A stretch of DNA of 64,000 nucleotides, taken from positions 3,646-67,645 of IMG/VR virus record IMGVR_UViG_3300020374_000579, one strand, 5' to 3'. Source of the stretch: a virus. Its lineage: Duplodnaviria > Caudoviricetes. Both the position numbers and the translations under genes were made by a program. Under the pieces are notes generated by a model that did not search any database, was not told the origin of the DNA, and saw only the letters and a list, made by a program, of their open reading frames with translations. Below, piece by piece: positions 45,077-55,276 of the stretch. How positions within the stretch are numbered: position 1 is the stretch's first letter; each line of letters starts with the position of its first letter.

Positions 45077-45658
45077 TTATGCATTAAGTTTTTCAAAGAA
45101 TTTTTCATAAAGACGTTTTTCCCAATAATATGCTTCACGTTCCCATGGTTGCTTACTGTATGGTACTTTAGAATAGTCGCCTTTTTTCCATTTTGCAGTA
45201 GTAGGTGATAGTTCACCTGCAATGAACTGTTTTGCATGAACTAATTCATGTGTGAGATTTACAAGCATTTCGTCTCTATGAAATCTGTATCCATTAGAAG
45301 TTCTTGCAACTTCAATATCAACATGACGTTTATCTCCCCAACAGTATCCACCTGCTTGTTCTTCTAGTGCATTGTATATCCAAATATCTATGCTTACTGC
45401 TCTACGAAGTTTAACAGGTAATATAGTTTCAACTAAAAGTTCTGATACACTCTCGACAAATTTTTTGTTTTTAAACTGACCCTGGATTTGTACATGGATC
45501 ATATCTTGGCTCCTACACCACTGTTCAATGTCGCTTATAATAACATCATCTGAGATGTTGTCAACCTTTTTGTAAGTAATTGATTTGGATGGAATTATCC
45601 TATTACTATATCTTCCATTCCGGCTGTTCTTAGCCTTGTTATGTGACCTATTTGCCAT
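45077..45658 (-). CDS. Zincin metallopeptidase-like protein (start uncertain)
   Basis: HELVHAKQF (HExxH) and PWEREAY. Confidence 0.75.
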   Translation of the reverse strand: MANRSHNKAKNSRNGRYSNRIIPSKSITYKKVDNISDDVIISDIEQWCRSQDMIHVQIQGQFKNKKFVESVSELLVETILPVKLRRAVSIDIWIYNALEEQAGGYCWGDKRHVDIEVARTSNGYRFHRDEMLVNLTHELVHAKQFIAGELSPTTAKWKKGDYSKVPYSKQPWEREAYYWEKRLYEKFFEKLNA

Positions 45659-46056
45659 TGTTTAGTATCTAATCCCTTCATTACACCCAAGTATTTGTTC
45701 CTGAGTAAACTGTATTGATTGCAAAGGTGCGTTAGGTTTATAACACTATCTTCACTGTCAACAAACTTTTCTGCATCTCTACTACTTAACTGTCTGTTGT
45801 AGGATTCTAAGTATTTTCTGAATGTTCTTGAACGTTCCTTACGAAGTTCAATATTTAAGTGTTCTAGTATTGCTTCAATTTCTTGTAATTGATTAAATCT
45901 GTGTTCAGTAATGCCAGGTAGGGCGGCACTAGATTTCTCTAGTGAGCCCTTAATACCGCATTCGTATTTGGCTTCCTGTAGTTCTTTTTCATAGTGGTCT
46001 ATAGAATCAACTATTTTCCCTAAATCTTCTACTACTGAATTGTACCAACCTGCCAT
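45595..46056 (-). CDS. uvsY: Recombination mediator UvsY-like
   Basis: 153-aa helical protein, SSRDAEKFVDSE...KGLDTKQWQI; lies near uvsX. Confidence 0.8.
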   Translation of the reverse strand: MAGWYNSVVEDLGKIVDSIDHYEKELQEAKYECGIKGSLEKSSAALPGITEHRFNQLQEIEAILEHLNIELRKERSRTFRKYLESYNRQLSSRDAEKFVDSEDSVINLTHLCNQYSLLRNKYLGVMKGLDTKQWQIGHITRLRTAGMEDIVIG

Positions 46057-46060
46057 TTAA

Positions 46061-46294
46061 TTAATCCCAATCTTCACTATCTTCGTCATCTTCCTCATGT
46101 AAACCGTAGTGTCCAACCACTGCGGCTTTTAAGGCGCCATCAAAAGTGTGTGCTTCGTCCTCTATGCCAATCATATCACTTTCTTCGTCAAAAACACGAA
46201 CAAGATGTTCTGCGGCTTCAACTCTGTCTTTCTTTTGGACATAGTTTTTCATAGAGTCCCAAACACTAATTAACATTTGTATTTCTGGATTCAT
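46061..46294 (-). CDS. Hypothetical protein (77 aa)
   Basis: Coupled to the uvsX stop. Confidence 0.75.
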   Translation of the reverse strand: MNPEIQMLISVWDSMKNYVQKKDRVEAAEHLVRVFDEESDMIGIEDEAHTFDGALKAAVVGHYGLHEEDDEDSEDWD

Positions 46295-47394
46295 TAATCT
46301 AACTCCTCAATATTTGGATCATCAACTAAAGTTTCTTCGTCAACTTCAATTTCCTCTTCAATAGGTTCTTGAATATGACTCCACTCATCCATAATTACCT
46401 GAAGTTTGTCTCCACTCCAGCCTTTTCTGAACTCTTTAATTTCTTCACCTGTTACAGGAGAAACATAAGAAAGTTTATTTCCGACTTTATCCACGATACC
46501 TTTTGCTTCAAGCATTTCTAGGAGCCCACTATATGGGTCCATACCTTCTTCGTATGGGATTTTTACTTGAACACTTTCAAACGGTTTGCTGTAACGAGTT
46601 TTCATTACTTTACAAGCCGCTCTAATACCTTGTACTGTAGACACTTTATTGCCGTCAATATCTTCTTTAAGTTTTAATTTTTTCATTGCTACTACAATAC
46701 TACTTGCATATATAAAGCCTTGTCCACCTGATATTTTATCATCAGGGTCAAACATGTCTTGTGATGCATAAGTATGGTTAGTTGCAATCAATCCTATCGG
46801 ATGTGGTGCAAGTTGATTAACAGTATTTCTAACTAAGGCTGTTAATGCCTTTGGCTTTCTACCCATATCACCTTTCATATCGCCTTTTTCAAATTGTGCA
46901 ACATCAGTTGGTGTAAGTAACATACCTAAACTGTCTACTACAAATAGCATTTTAGGTTGTTCCTCATATGGTAAATCACCATAGTTAGTTTTATAATCTT
47001 TTACAAAATCACTTATTGTTTTAGCAACATCATCTATCATGCTAACACTAACTTTGAGAAGTTTCTCAGGACTAGTGTCTACATCTAATGCTTGTAGCCA
47101 ATCTTCATCAAGTGCATTTTCACTGTCAAACAATACTACTTGACAGCCTTGTAGTTGTGCATTACGCACTAAGTTACCTGAACAGATAAAACTTTTACCT
47201 GATCCGGACTCACCAGCAAACACACTTACTTTACCAAGGGGAACTCCTTTTTGGAAGTCCCCACTTATTAAGTAATTTAAAGTGTAGTTACCAGTTGATA
47301 TCCAATCTTGAGGATCATGAAAGCCAGCACTGATTCCAGTGATGCTTTTAGTCAATCCTGTTCGGAACTTGGTTAAGTCAAATGGTTTCTGCAT
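46294..47394 (-). CDS. uvsX: RecA-like recombinase (UvsX)
   Basis: ISTGNYTLN, AGESGSGKS, VVDSLG, SGGQG. Confidence 0.95.
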   Translation of the reverse strand: MQKPFDLTKFRTGLTKSITGISAGFHDPQDWISTGNYTLNYLISGDFQKGVPLGKVSVFAGESGSGKSFICSGNLVRNAQLQGCQVVLFDSENALDEDWLQALDVDTSPEKLLKVSVSMIDDVAKTISDFVKDYKTNYGDLPYEEQPKMLFVVDSLGMLLTPTDVAQFEKGDMKGDMGRKPKALTALVRNTVNQLAPHPIGLIATNHTYASQDMFDPDDKISGGQGFIYASSIVVAMKKLKLKEDIDGNKVSTVQGIRAACKVMKTRYSKPFESVQVKIPYEEGMDPYSGLLEMLEAKGIVDKVGNKLSYVSPVTGEEIKEFRKGWSGDKLQVIMDEWSHIQEPIEEEIEVDEETLVDDPNIEELD

Positions 47395-47403
47395 TGTACT
47401 CTC

Positions 47404-48399
47404 CTAAGAACGGTTGCGGATCATATTCAAAATATCATCTGCACTAGGTTTTTCACTACTTGCTTCTGTTGTAGGAGCAGGTGCTTCTTCCGCCGCTGGA
47501 GCAGGAGCAGGTGCTTCTGCTTTAGGTTCGTTAGTAACTTCAGGTGCTTTTGTTTCTGCAACTGGTTGTGCAGGAGCCGACGTTGCCGGTTTCGCACCAC
47601 TACTTGCTGGAACATCTACGCCATAAGGCTTGTAGAAGTTACCCCACCTTTCCACATCATATAACTCACCATCAACTGATGCTTGGAACATTTCGCTAAT
47701 TGCTTGTAGTTCATCTTGACCAGGTTGTTTTGGTAAAAAGTCTGACAATGTGTATAAACCATTTGTATCAATTGCCGCTAGTTCTACTTCATCTAAGCCA
47801 CGTTCTTTACGAGCCCATTTTGATGTACTGTAGTCAGCATATTGACCTTTAGTTGTTTTCATAACCCTAAAATCTGTACCATTAATATAGTCAGTAGGAA
47901 TGTTTTCCATATCTGGGTCCATTAATGCTGATTTGATAATGTTAAAGATTTGTGGGGATATAACAAAACGTCTGATTGGATTTTCAGGTGCTGTTTCGTT
48001 AAGTGGGTTTTCAGTTACAAATCCTTGGAAAATGTAACTTCTTTTTTTCCAATACTTACGACCCATGTCTTCAAGACTTGCGTCTTTAAACCAAGGACGT
48101 ACCTCTGTTAGTACTGGACAAGTATCGCCGTACATTTCTGCACAAGGTACTTGTACTGTAACAGGTTTGCTTTCGCCACCTTTTACACCAGGAAATGACA
48201 AACGAATCATTTGTCTTTCTTGCCAAAAGAATGTGTTATCAGGGTCTGAGTCAGGTAAGAACCTGAGGACTGCTGATGTTCCTTCGTCTATATTCCAGTG
48301 TGGATAAATGGCGTTGTCGCCGCCTGTTGATGATTGGCTAGAACTTTTAGTGTTCTCCATGCTTGCCAATTTAGCCCTTATTTCTGCCAAAGATGCCAT
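47404..48399 (-). CDS. Single-stranded DNA-binding protein (T4 gp32-like)
   Basis: AVLRFLP, CPVL...W..., WKKRSY, YADYSTSKW, A/P-rich linker and acidic tail. Confidence 0.88.
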   Translation of the reverse strand: MASLAEIRAKLASMENTKSSSQSSTGGDNAIYPHWNIDEGTSAVLRFLPDSDPDNTFFWQERQMIRLSFPGVKGGESKPVTVQVPCAEMYGDTCPVLTEVRPWFKDASLEDMGRKYWKKRSYIFQGFVTENPLNETAPENPIRRFVISPQIFNIIKSALMDPDMENIPTDYINGTDFRVMKTTKGQYADYSTSKWARKERGLDEVELAAIDTNGLYTLSDFLPKQPGQDELQAISEMFQASVDGELYDVERWGNFYKPYGVDVPASSGAKPATSAPAQPVAETKAPEVTNEPKAEAPAPAPAAEEAPAPTTEASSEKPSADDILNMIRNRS

Positions 48400-48466
48400 A
48401 ATAATATCTCCTATGTATGTGCCATGTTTGTAATACTGTTTGTGTTTTCTGTATTACGAATGCCTA

Positions 48467-48495
48467 AGTTTACTTTCTTTGTGCCATGTTGTCAA
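48467..48495 (-). promoter_or_regulatory. Sigma70-like promoter for SSB; late promoter also at 48539-48546
   Basis: TTGACA-N17-TAAACT. Confidence 0.65.
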
Positions 48496-48542
48496 CCTTT
48501 TTATGTCTTTCGACACTAACCGTTGTCTTGTTATAATAGTAT

Positions 48543-50747
48543 TTATTCTTCTGTTATAAAACTCTCGATAAATTTGGTATATTGCTGTTCTTCTGTAAAT
48601 TGTTCTGCCATTTGTGCTTGTTCAGGACGTTGTGCAGAAAGTAAAGAAGCCTTAACTGCTCTATATTCAAATTGATTCATTTGTCCACCATTGCTTAGTT
48701 TATTACTAATACTGCCTAGGTAGTTTGCAAGTTGTGGATTTTTAGCAGTAGCACCTAATTGTGATACTTGATGTCCTAGTTTTGCTTCTGGTGTAGCAAA
48801 GTCTAAAGGATCTTCACTTATAAGTTCTTTAACACCTGCAAATTTTTCTGTTTCTATTACAGACATAATCATGCTTTCAAATGCAGATTGTTTGTTTACT
48901 AATTTGCTTAATGTTTCGTGTGCATTTCCTACTTTATCATCATAGTGTGTTTCAGTGAAATAGTCTTCTAAGTTGACTTCATTAACAATATCAATATTGT
49001 TCATGTCTTTAAGACTTTCAACTGCTTTACTGTAAGTTTTTACACCGCTTAATTTTTTGAACGTTTCTTTAATTGTGCTAATATGTTGTCTTGCAAGTTC
49101 TACATAGTCATTGTTTTCTTCATTTATAAGACCTTGCTTCTTAACATAGTTTGCGAATTCTTTTAATGTTTTTAATTCAGTACACATAGCAACAATACTT
49201 TCACCTACTGTATCGTGCATTTGTCCACCGTTATATAAATGTCTTGCCATTGCTCTGGCACCATTTAAGTTTTTGCTTGGGAATAAGAATCTTTCTTCGT
49301 TATTCTCAATGAATATCTTTTGTATGTTTCTACTTCTAGAACCACGTACTTCTTCGTTTACTGCTTTAGTATGTTTAACAATAATCTTTGTTCCACCTAG
49401 TGGTTGGTTACTTGTTTTAATACTGCCTCTCATAGAACCTAAACTTGCTTCTACAACAATAGTTTCTTCTACTGCTTGTTTTGATTCTTGCGGTACATTC
49501 ATACCTGGAAGTTCATCTTTAATATCAGGATCATTCAATCTTTCTATATACTTGGCTTGTACCATTTTTTGTATTTTTGGTAAAGATTTATAATCACTGT
49601 CAGATAATTCAAAATCATCAACATCAGGATTATCCATTTCACCTCTATCAAATTGGTATCCGCTCATAGATTCGCTGTCTATCATATCATGCAATACATC
49701 AAGAGCTCCATCTAAAGGATCGTCATGCATATCATAACTAGGGAATTTTTCATAGGCAATATTACTTACAATAGTTGATGCGTCTTCTTTGCTCATTTTA
49801 GTGAAATCTTGTTTTAAGAAATATCTGACCATTTCACCGGGTTTGTCTTCGTCTTCTTCTTTTAATAAGTAATCACCTTCTGAATGCTGTTCAACATCTG
49901 ACATACTAGACATTACACTTTTAACATCATCTTCAAACCCTGCTTTTTTACATGCATCTTCAATAGCACCTAGTCCAGCCGCTCCGCCTTCCTTTCTTAG
50001 TACCATTCTAATACAATCTTCAACTCCGCCTGGTCCTTCTTCTGCTTCTTCAAAATCCATTTTAGGCATATCAGCACTAATTTTTTCACCGCTTTTAGCA
50101 AATTTCATATCCATCATTAAATCAATGGCTTTATCCATTAATTTTTTAGCACCATCGTTAGAAGCAAATCCACATTCTCTCGCAAAGTCCATGCTTGAAC
50201 TATAAAACATATCATCAAAATCTACTTTGTCACCTAAACTTAATAGTTTACTTGCAACCTCTTCTTCTGATTGTCCTAAATCAATCTGCTCGTTACCTAA
50301 AAAAATGTAAAGTTCTTTACCGTCTTTACAACCAACTACAGTTCTATCTTCATTAATAGGTTCAAGTCCTGCTAGTTTTCTTAGTTCATTTTGTTCTTTC
50401 ATATCACTTTCTCTCGAAATGTTAATTGCTTCACTGCTTGGTTTTAATGTTTTACCAAATACTCTAAAGTCAAGCATCATTAAGTAATCTTTTGCAATCT
50501 CTGATAATTGCTTTCTTAATGTATCTGTTTGGTCAGTATTATCACTAATGCTTAAACGTATTTCTTCTTTTGGTACGTTTAGTGTAACAAGTAAATTAGG
50601 ATCTTCTACAAAAAATCTTATTGCATCTGCAGGGTCACCAACAACTTCACCCATTTTATTGTAAGTATCGATTTGGAATCCATAACCTTTAAGTAGGTTA
50701 AAAACTCTATCTGCTACTGTTTTTACACTTGTTGCTTCTACTAACAT
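48543..50747 (-). CDS. Large hypothetical virion protein
   Basis: 734 aa; late promoter at 50771-50779; acidic modular middle. Confidence 0.75.
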   Translation of the reverse strand: MLVEATSVKTVADRVFNLLKGYGFQIDTYNKMGEVVGDPADAIRFFVEDPNLLVTLNVPKEEIRLSISDNTDQTDTLRKQLSEIAKDYLMMLDFRVFGKTLKPSSEAINISRESDMKEQNELRKLAGLEPINEDRTVVGCKDGKELYIFLGNEQIDLGQSEEEVASKLLSLGDKVDFDDMFYSSSMDFARECGFASNDGAKKLMDKAIDLMMDMKFAKSGEKISADMPKMDFEEAEEGPGGVEDCIRMVLRKEGGAAGLGAIEDACKKAGFEDDVKSVMSSMSDVEQHSEGDYLLKEEDEDKPGEMVRYFLKQDFTKMSKEDASTIVSNIAYEKFPSYDMHDDPLDGALDVLHDMIDSESMSGYQFDRGEMDNPDVDDFELSDSDYKSLPKIQKMVQAKYIERLNDPDIKDELPGMNVPQESKQAVEETIVVEASLGSMRGSIKTSNQPLGGTKIIVKHTKAVNEEVRGSRSRNIQKIFIENNEERFLFPSKNLNGARAMARHLYNGGQMHDTVGESIVAMCTELKTLKEFANYVKKQGLINEENNDYVELARQHISTIKETFKKLSGVKTYSKAVESLKDMNNIDIVNEVNLEDYFTETHYDDKVGNAHETLSKLVNKQSAFESMIMSVIETEKFAGVKELISEDPLDFATPEAKLGHQVSQLGATAKNPQLANYLGSISNKLSNGGQMNQFEYRAVKASLLSAQRPEQAQMAEQFTEEQQYTKFIESFITEE

Positions 50748-50793
50748 TAGTATATATCTCCGTTATGTATGTATTTATCATTTAGGGGAGATT

Positions 50794-52392
50794 TTACAGC
50801 AATCCAACGGGCATGGGTTCATCATACTCATCCATTGGACCGTCATCATCATTGGGTCTTGTTCCATCACCAATGTTTTGATTTACAACTGTGAATATAT
50901 CATCTTCGAATGTACTAATATAATTAATCATTCTACATGCAATTACCATGCTCATAACCAAGTCATCACTTTCGCCTGGTTGTCCTGCAAAACTGTTACC
51001 ACGTGCAACAAAGTTTTTTAGTTCTCCTAAAAATGCTTTACTGTAAACTTTTAACTTGTTTTGTTCTACAAAACGTTTTAGTGCCAAACATCCATCAATT
51101 TTAGTTTTACTGCTTGTATGGAATCCTTTACGACCTCGTTTGCCTTGAACCTTAACTGGGTCATGTAAAAATGTTCCTGGAAATTGTTCTTCACCTGTAT
51201 CTCTAATTACTACAAGTGCGGCTTCACCAATACTGTTGTTCTCTACTGTCCAATATAATTCTTTAGACCCATACTGTTTTAATTCTTTTAATATGTCCAA
51301 CATAACTTTTATTTGTCCTTCAATAGGAGTTTTGTTATGACACCATTCTGCTACTTGTACCATTGTAGGTAATTCTACAACTTGTATTGCAGAGTTATCT
51401 CCGCCTGTACCTGCACTAGGATCTAATGCTAACACATACATTTTGTCTGCTGTGGGCCTTTTGTACCAACGTACTTGTCCTGTTCTATACAAGGTGTCTG
51501 TGTACTTCATATTGGCTAATAGAATAGAATCAATTAGTGTTTCATTGTATATGATAAATTCACATTCATGCTCTCTTCTAAAACGTTCTTCACCAATCCT
51601 ACTCATTTCTTCTGTGGCCCATTCATCATCTCTGTCAGGATGTTGGTCCCATTTAGCCATGTATCCTTTAAACCCGTTTATGCCTACGTCACTCTCATTG
51701 CCATATTCATCCACAGTTTTTATTGCTTGGTTCCATATACCAGCAAATGTATCATCATCACTATTTGGTGTACTAGTAACAATACATTTACCACCTGTTG
51801 CTAATGTTGGTGACAGTGAAGTCCAAAACTCTTTGGCTATTCTGGGTGGTACAAATGCAAACTCATCCAAGTACACTAATGTAAGTGACATACCTCTACC
51901 AGTATTTTCAGTTGTTGTACTTGCTACTATCCTACTACCATTATCAAATGTGATACTACCTTTATTATATTCTACAACACCTGCTCTTATATGATTAGGA
52001 ATACTTTCATAAGCATATCTTATACGTTGCATAATTTCTTGAGCACCAGCCGCCTTGTGAGCCGCAACTAATATGGTACTGTCTGGTTTAAACATTGCAA
52101 ACCATAACAAGTAACCAGCCGCTACAGTAGTTTTACCCATCTGTCTGCCCAGCATATTAATACTGTATCTGTTTTCGTTGTAGTTTACAATTAAATCTTC
52201 TTGATAATCGAATGGTTCAAAGTCAATACCACCTCTTGTAGGGTGTTGTATGCGTACAAACTTCTTCATAAAGTGCATTGGACCTACAATAGGGTCACAA
52301 CATGCTTGAAATTCTCTCAGCATGTCAGCATCATATGGTATTTTAGAGTATGCTTGTTTTACTAACTCAGTATTAACTGTTCCTTTTGGCAT
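50794..52392 (-). CDS. Terminase large subunit (T4 gp17-like)
   Basis: GRQMGKTT, YLDEFAF, STPN, ALDPS, DDLVMS. Confidence 0.97.
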   Translation of the reverse strand: MPKGTVNTELVKQAYSKIPYDADMLREFQACCDPIVGPMHFMKKFVRIQHPTRGGIDFEPFDYQEDLIVNYNENRYSINMLGRQMGKTTVAAGYLLWFAMFKPDSTILVAAHKAAGAQEIMQRIRYAYESIPNHIRAGVVEYNKGSITFDNGSRIVASTTTENTGRGMSLTLVYLDEFAFVPPRIAKEFWTSLSPTLATGGKCIVTSTPNSDDDTFAGIWNQAIKTVDEYGNESDVGINGFKGYMAKWDQHPDRDDEWATEEMSRIGEERFRREHECEFIIYNETLIDSILLANMKYTDTLYRTGQVRWYKRPTADKMYVLALDPSAGTGGDNSAIQVVELPTMVQVAEWCHNKTPIEGQIKVMLDILKELKQYGSKELYWTVENNSIGEAALVVIRDTGEEQFPGTFLHDPVKVQGKRGRKGFHTSSKTKIDGCLALKRFVEQNKLKVYSKAFLGELKNFVARGNSFAGQPGESDDLVMSMVIACRMINYISTFEDDIFTVVNQNIGDGTRPNDDDGPMDEYDEPMPVGLL

Positions 52393-52420
52393 AACAGTAT
52401 TTATCGAGTATTAAAGGTTA

Positions 52421-52804
52421 TTATTTACTATTACGGAGGTAATCTTTTAGACGGTCTCTAAGAATGTTATTTAAAACTTCCTTATCTGTGGTCATTGATG
52501 CGTCAGGATTGACGTCTGTTTTAGGAAATTGCATTGCAGAATCGCCATCTTGTTCACCATCTACATCTATTGCAATAACTTTTGGTTCTTTTTCTTTTGG
52601 AGTACCATATGTTATGCATGGATCTTGTCCACAACCACAACTTTTAGGTTCATCATCACCTTTTGGTTCACCTGATGGTAAAGTTACTCCAACTTTTTGC
52701 AAAATCATTTTTAATTCGTCTACAGATTCTGCAGATGCATCAATACTCACAACACTACCTGGTCCATACATGGATTTCTTGTATGTGTGGCTTTCTCCAT
52801 GCAT
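52421..52804 (-). CDS. Hypothetical protein (127 aa)
   Basis: Coupled to the upstream ORF; contains CGCGQDPCITYG. Confidence 0.7.
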   Translation of the reverse strand: MHGESHTYKKSMYGPGSVVSIDASAESVDELKMILQKVGVTLPSGEPKGDDEPKSCGCGQDPCITYGTPKEKEPKVIAIDVDGEQDGDSAMQFPKTDVNPDASMTTDKEVLNNILRDRLKDYLRNSK

Positions 52805-53508
52805 TAGTTTCTTCTAGAACTTTGAGATACAACATCAACTGGCTTGGCTTCTGGTGCCAATCCACCGTGTGCTTTACCTGTAATGTTATCGTACATAGAT
52901 TTGACGTCATCTCCCATAATACCATCCTTGCTAGGATAGTTACGGAAATAGTCTGCGCCTTTTTCTGCTTTGATTTTTTCTAATTCTGCTAGGAATTTTT
53001 GATTGTATGCTTCGCCAAACAAAGGTCCTTCTTTAACTTCACCTTGTTGTGCTTCATACTGGTCTTGGTCTGCGGAACTATCAACTTCATCGAGAACTGC
53101 TTCTGGAGTTTCTACTTGTCTATCTTTATCGTTAGCAAGTCTTTCTTCTGCCATTTCACTTTCAATTCTTTTTGGATTGTTTACACCATAAACAATAACG
53201 TTTTCATGGTCACAACCACATGCTACTGCTACATATACTTCTAATATTCTTTCGTTTACTGGATATTTTAATACAACATCAGTACTGCAAACTTCAGATA
53301 CAATGTTTAAACCTTTGAGTCTTTGAAACTCAATTGGGTTTTCTTGTATAGGTAACCTTTTCCAAGGTGTAGCACTAACAAGATTATACTTTTGTAAAGC
53401 ACTTTCTAACTTGGCTAAGTCATCTGCTGAACAATCTCTTGCTAGTTTAATTCTATAACCGTATTCTTTATTGAATGATTCAGTTATAATATCTTTAAGT
53501 TCTCTCAT
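52804..53508 (-). CDS. Hypothetical protein with capsid-targeting-like leader
   Basis: MRELKDIITE/S; GGAG SD; late promoter at 53529-53537. Confidence 0.75.
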   Translation of the reverse strand: MRELKDIITESFNKEYGYRIKLARDCSADDLAKLESALQKYNLVSATPWKRLPIQENPIEFQRLKGLNIVSEVCSTDVVLKYPVNERILEVYVAVACGCDHENVIVYGVNNPKRIESEMAEERLANDKDRQVETPEAVLDEVDSSADQDQYEAQQGEVKEGPLFGEAYNQKFLAELEKIKAEKGADYFRNYPSKDGIMGDDVKSMYDNITGKAHGGLAPEAKPVDVVSQSSRRN

Positions 53509-53551
53509 GTAATAACTCCGTTATGTACTTATTTATCAAAATAAGGCAAAA

Positions 53552-54049
53552 TTATTTATTTTTGTCAGAGTTGATAATTTTAAGCAGTTCATTCCTATCC
53601 ACTGCTTGTCCACCACTTGCTGTACCACTGGATTCTTTTGCATTATTATCCAGTCTACCTTTTTTAATCATTAAATCTATCTGTTTTAACTTAGAATCAA
53701 TTTTACTGTCCTTGGCTTCTAAGGCTGTTTTTAACATTTTAGCGGCACTATCAAAAATACTACCTGCTTCTCTGTCTCCAACATTCATTCCCAAGTTCAT
53801 TAGTTGTTGATAACTGTCAACTGCCTGTTGAGCAATGTCGTCCATCTCTTCATCATGCTCATCTAGTCCTTTTACATTTTGTAATGCAAGGTCTATCTTC
53901 TCTGCATTTGATAATGCTGTTTGCACATCCTCAATATCTAATGCTGTAACTTCTGCAACATCAAATTTTTCTGTTGCTTCTGCATTTTCTTTTGCATTAG
54001 TATCATCTATGGATGGTAAATTAAATTCTTCCTCTAGTTTCTTGGTCAT
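53552..54049 (-). CDS. Probable terminase small subunit (gp16-like)
   Basis: 165-aa coiled-coil, AGSIFDSAAKMLKTALEAK, upstream of the large terminase. Confidence 0.5.
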   Translation of the reverse strand: MTKKLEEEFNLPSIDDTNAKENAEATEKFDVAEVTALDIEDVQTALSNAEKIDLALQNVKGLDEHDEEMDDIAQQAVDSYQQLMNLGMNVGDREAGSIFDSAAKMLKTALEAKDSKIDSKLKQIDLMIKKGRLDNNAKESSGTASGGQAVDRNELLKIINSDKNK

Positions 54050-54067
54050 AACACTATTTATTACACT

Positions 54068-55117
54068 TTATAGGTACTTTGTTATATTATATGGTATAGA
54101 TACAAAGGGCAAATCAACTACTTCCTTAATTTGTTCAAAAAATCCTGGTCTTAAAGGATGGTCTAACTGATCCACAACATCTTCTTCTGCAAAATTATCA
54201 AATGTTCCCCAATCATCTAATCTTGATATAGAACATTCAGCATCAAAACGTTCTGTTAGTTTAACAAAATTAACAACATCATGTGCATTTGCTTTTTGGC
54301 AAACAAATCTAAAGTGTACATTTGCATCTTTTGGTTTATTATCATGCATCCATTCTAAATTTTCTATTAGTTTATTAAACTTACCAGGTCTTCTTACTAC
54401 TTCATATACATCCTGAGACCCTGCGTCTATACTTATTTTGAATTCACTTATGTTTGGCAGTATTTTACTGTCAGGAAGTTGTTTACTCATTAGTAATCCA
54501 TTAGTAAACAATGTTATTGTATGGTTGTCATTGGGTATCCAATTAGTAACAAACGGTCTCATTATATTACTTGCTAAAGGATCACCATTTCCAGTAAGTG
54601 TTATATGAGTTCTCTCTTTAAAATGTCGTAATAAGTTGACTGTATGCTCTGCATAACCAAGTTGTCTTTCATAATCATCACCATTTGTATGTAATATCAT
54701 GTCTGTCCTACAACTTGGGCAAGAAAGATTACAACTTTCATCTACATTTACATATATGCTATAAAATTCTTGTCCTTTTTTATCTATCCAGTGTAGATCC
54801 CTCTCCATAATTCTACAATGTTCCACAGCACACCAAGTAAACTTTTTATCTTCTACATCTTTTTGTAATTCTTTTGCTAAAGGATTACTCCAAACATCTT
54901 CTAGTTTTTGTAAATCCATAACATTACATATAACAAAAGGCAAATACATTTCACAATTATCTATGAAGCATTCGCCTTTTGTTGTTATGTTTAGACTTCT
55001 ATGAGGTATAGTACAGTCATTAGTAATGTTATATTTGAGTTGTTTATTCCTTTTTGCTAAAGGAATAAGGCCTCTGGTTGGTGTTTCCAGTAATTTGTAA
55101 TCTATTAAAGAGGACAT
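54068..55117 (-). CDS. Radical SAM protein with N-terminal SPASM/twitch-like segment
   Basis: CNLSCPSC (CxxxCxxC), GNGDPL; N-terminal CTIP...GECFIDNC...CAVEHC. Confidence 0.9.
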   Translation of the reverse strand: MSSLIDYKLLETPTRGLIPLAKRNKQLKYNITNDCTIPHRSLNITTKGECFIDNCEMYLPFVICNVMDLQKLEDVWSNPLAKELQKDVEDKKFTWCAVEHCRIMERDLHWIDKKGQEFYSIYVNVDESCNLSCPSCRTDMILHTNGDDYERQLGYAEHTVNLLRHFKERTHITLTGNGDPLASNIMRPFVTNWIPNDNHTITLFTNGLLMSKQLPDSKILPNISEFKISIDAGSQDVYEVVRRPGKFNKLIENLEWMHDNKPKDANVHFRFVCQKANAHDVVNFVKLTERFDAECSISRLDDWGTFDNFAEEDVVDQLDHPLRPGFFEQIKEVVDLPFVSIPYNITKYL

Positions 55118-55120
55118 ACA

Positions 55121-55276
55121 TTACTTCTTCTTCTTTTTGGACTTATTCTTTTTAAGTTTCCGTGTTGGGTGTCCAAACATTTGGTCAAATCTGTGATTTC
55201 TAGCATCCACATAGTCCTGTGGTTTGTTATAAACCTTTTTAGGTACTTTGAATTCTATAATTTCACTTATTTTCAT
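55121..55276 (-). CDS. 51-aa basic peptide with capsid-targeting-like leader, missing from the supplied track
   Basis: MKISEIIE/FKVPKK...KKNKSKKKKK; ATGA overlap with the upstream stop. Confidence 0.7.
   Translation of the reverse strand: MKISEIIEFKVPKKVYNKPQDYVDARNHRFDQMFGHPTRKLKKNKSKKKKK

Noticed and set aside
51443-51994. Long plus-strand ORFs (this one, also 25536-25988, 21107-21547, 56316-56795, 61585-61998 and others)
   Set aside because: They lie opposite well-supported minus-strand genes, lack RBS or promoter, and are the expected antisense shadows of biased codon usage
1119-52392. Inteins or introns in nrdA, helicase, UvsW, UvsX or terminase
   Set aside because: Lengths are ordinary, motifs are contiguous and no splice-junction signatures are seen
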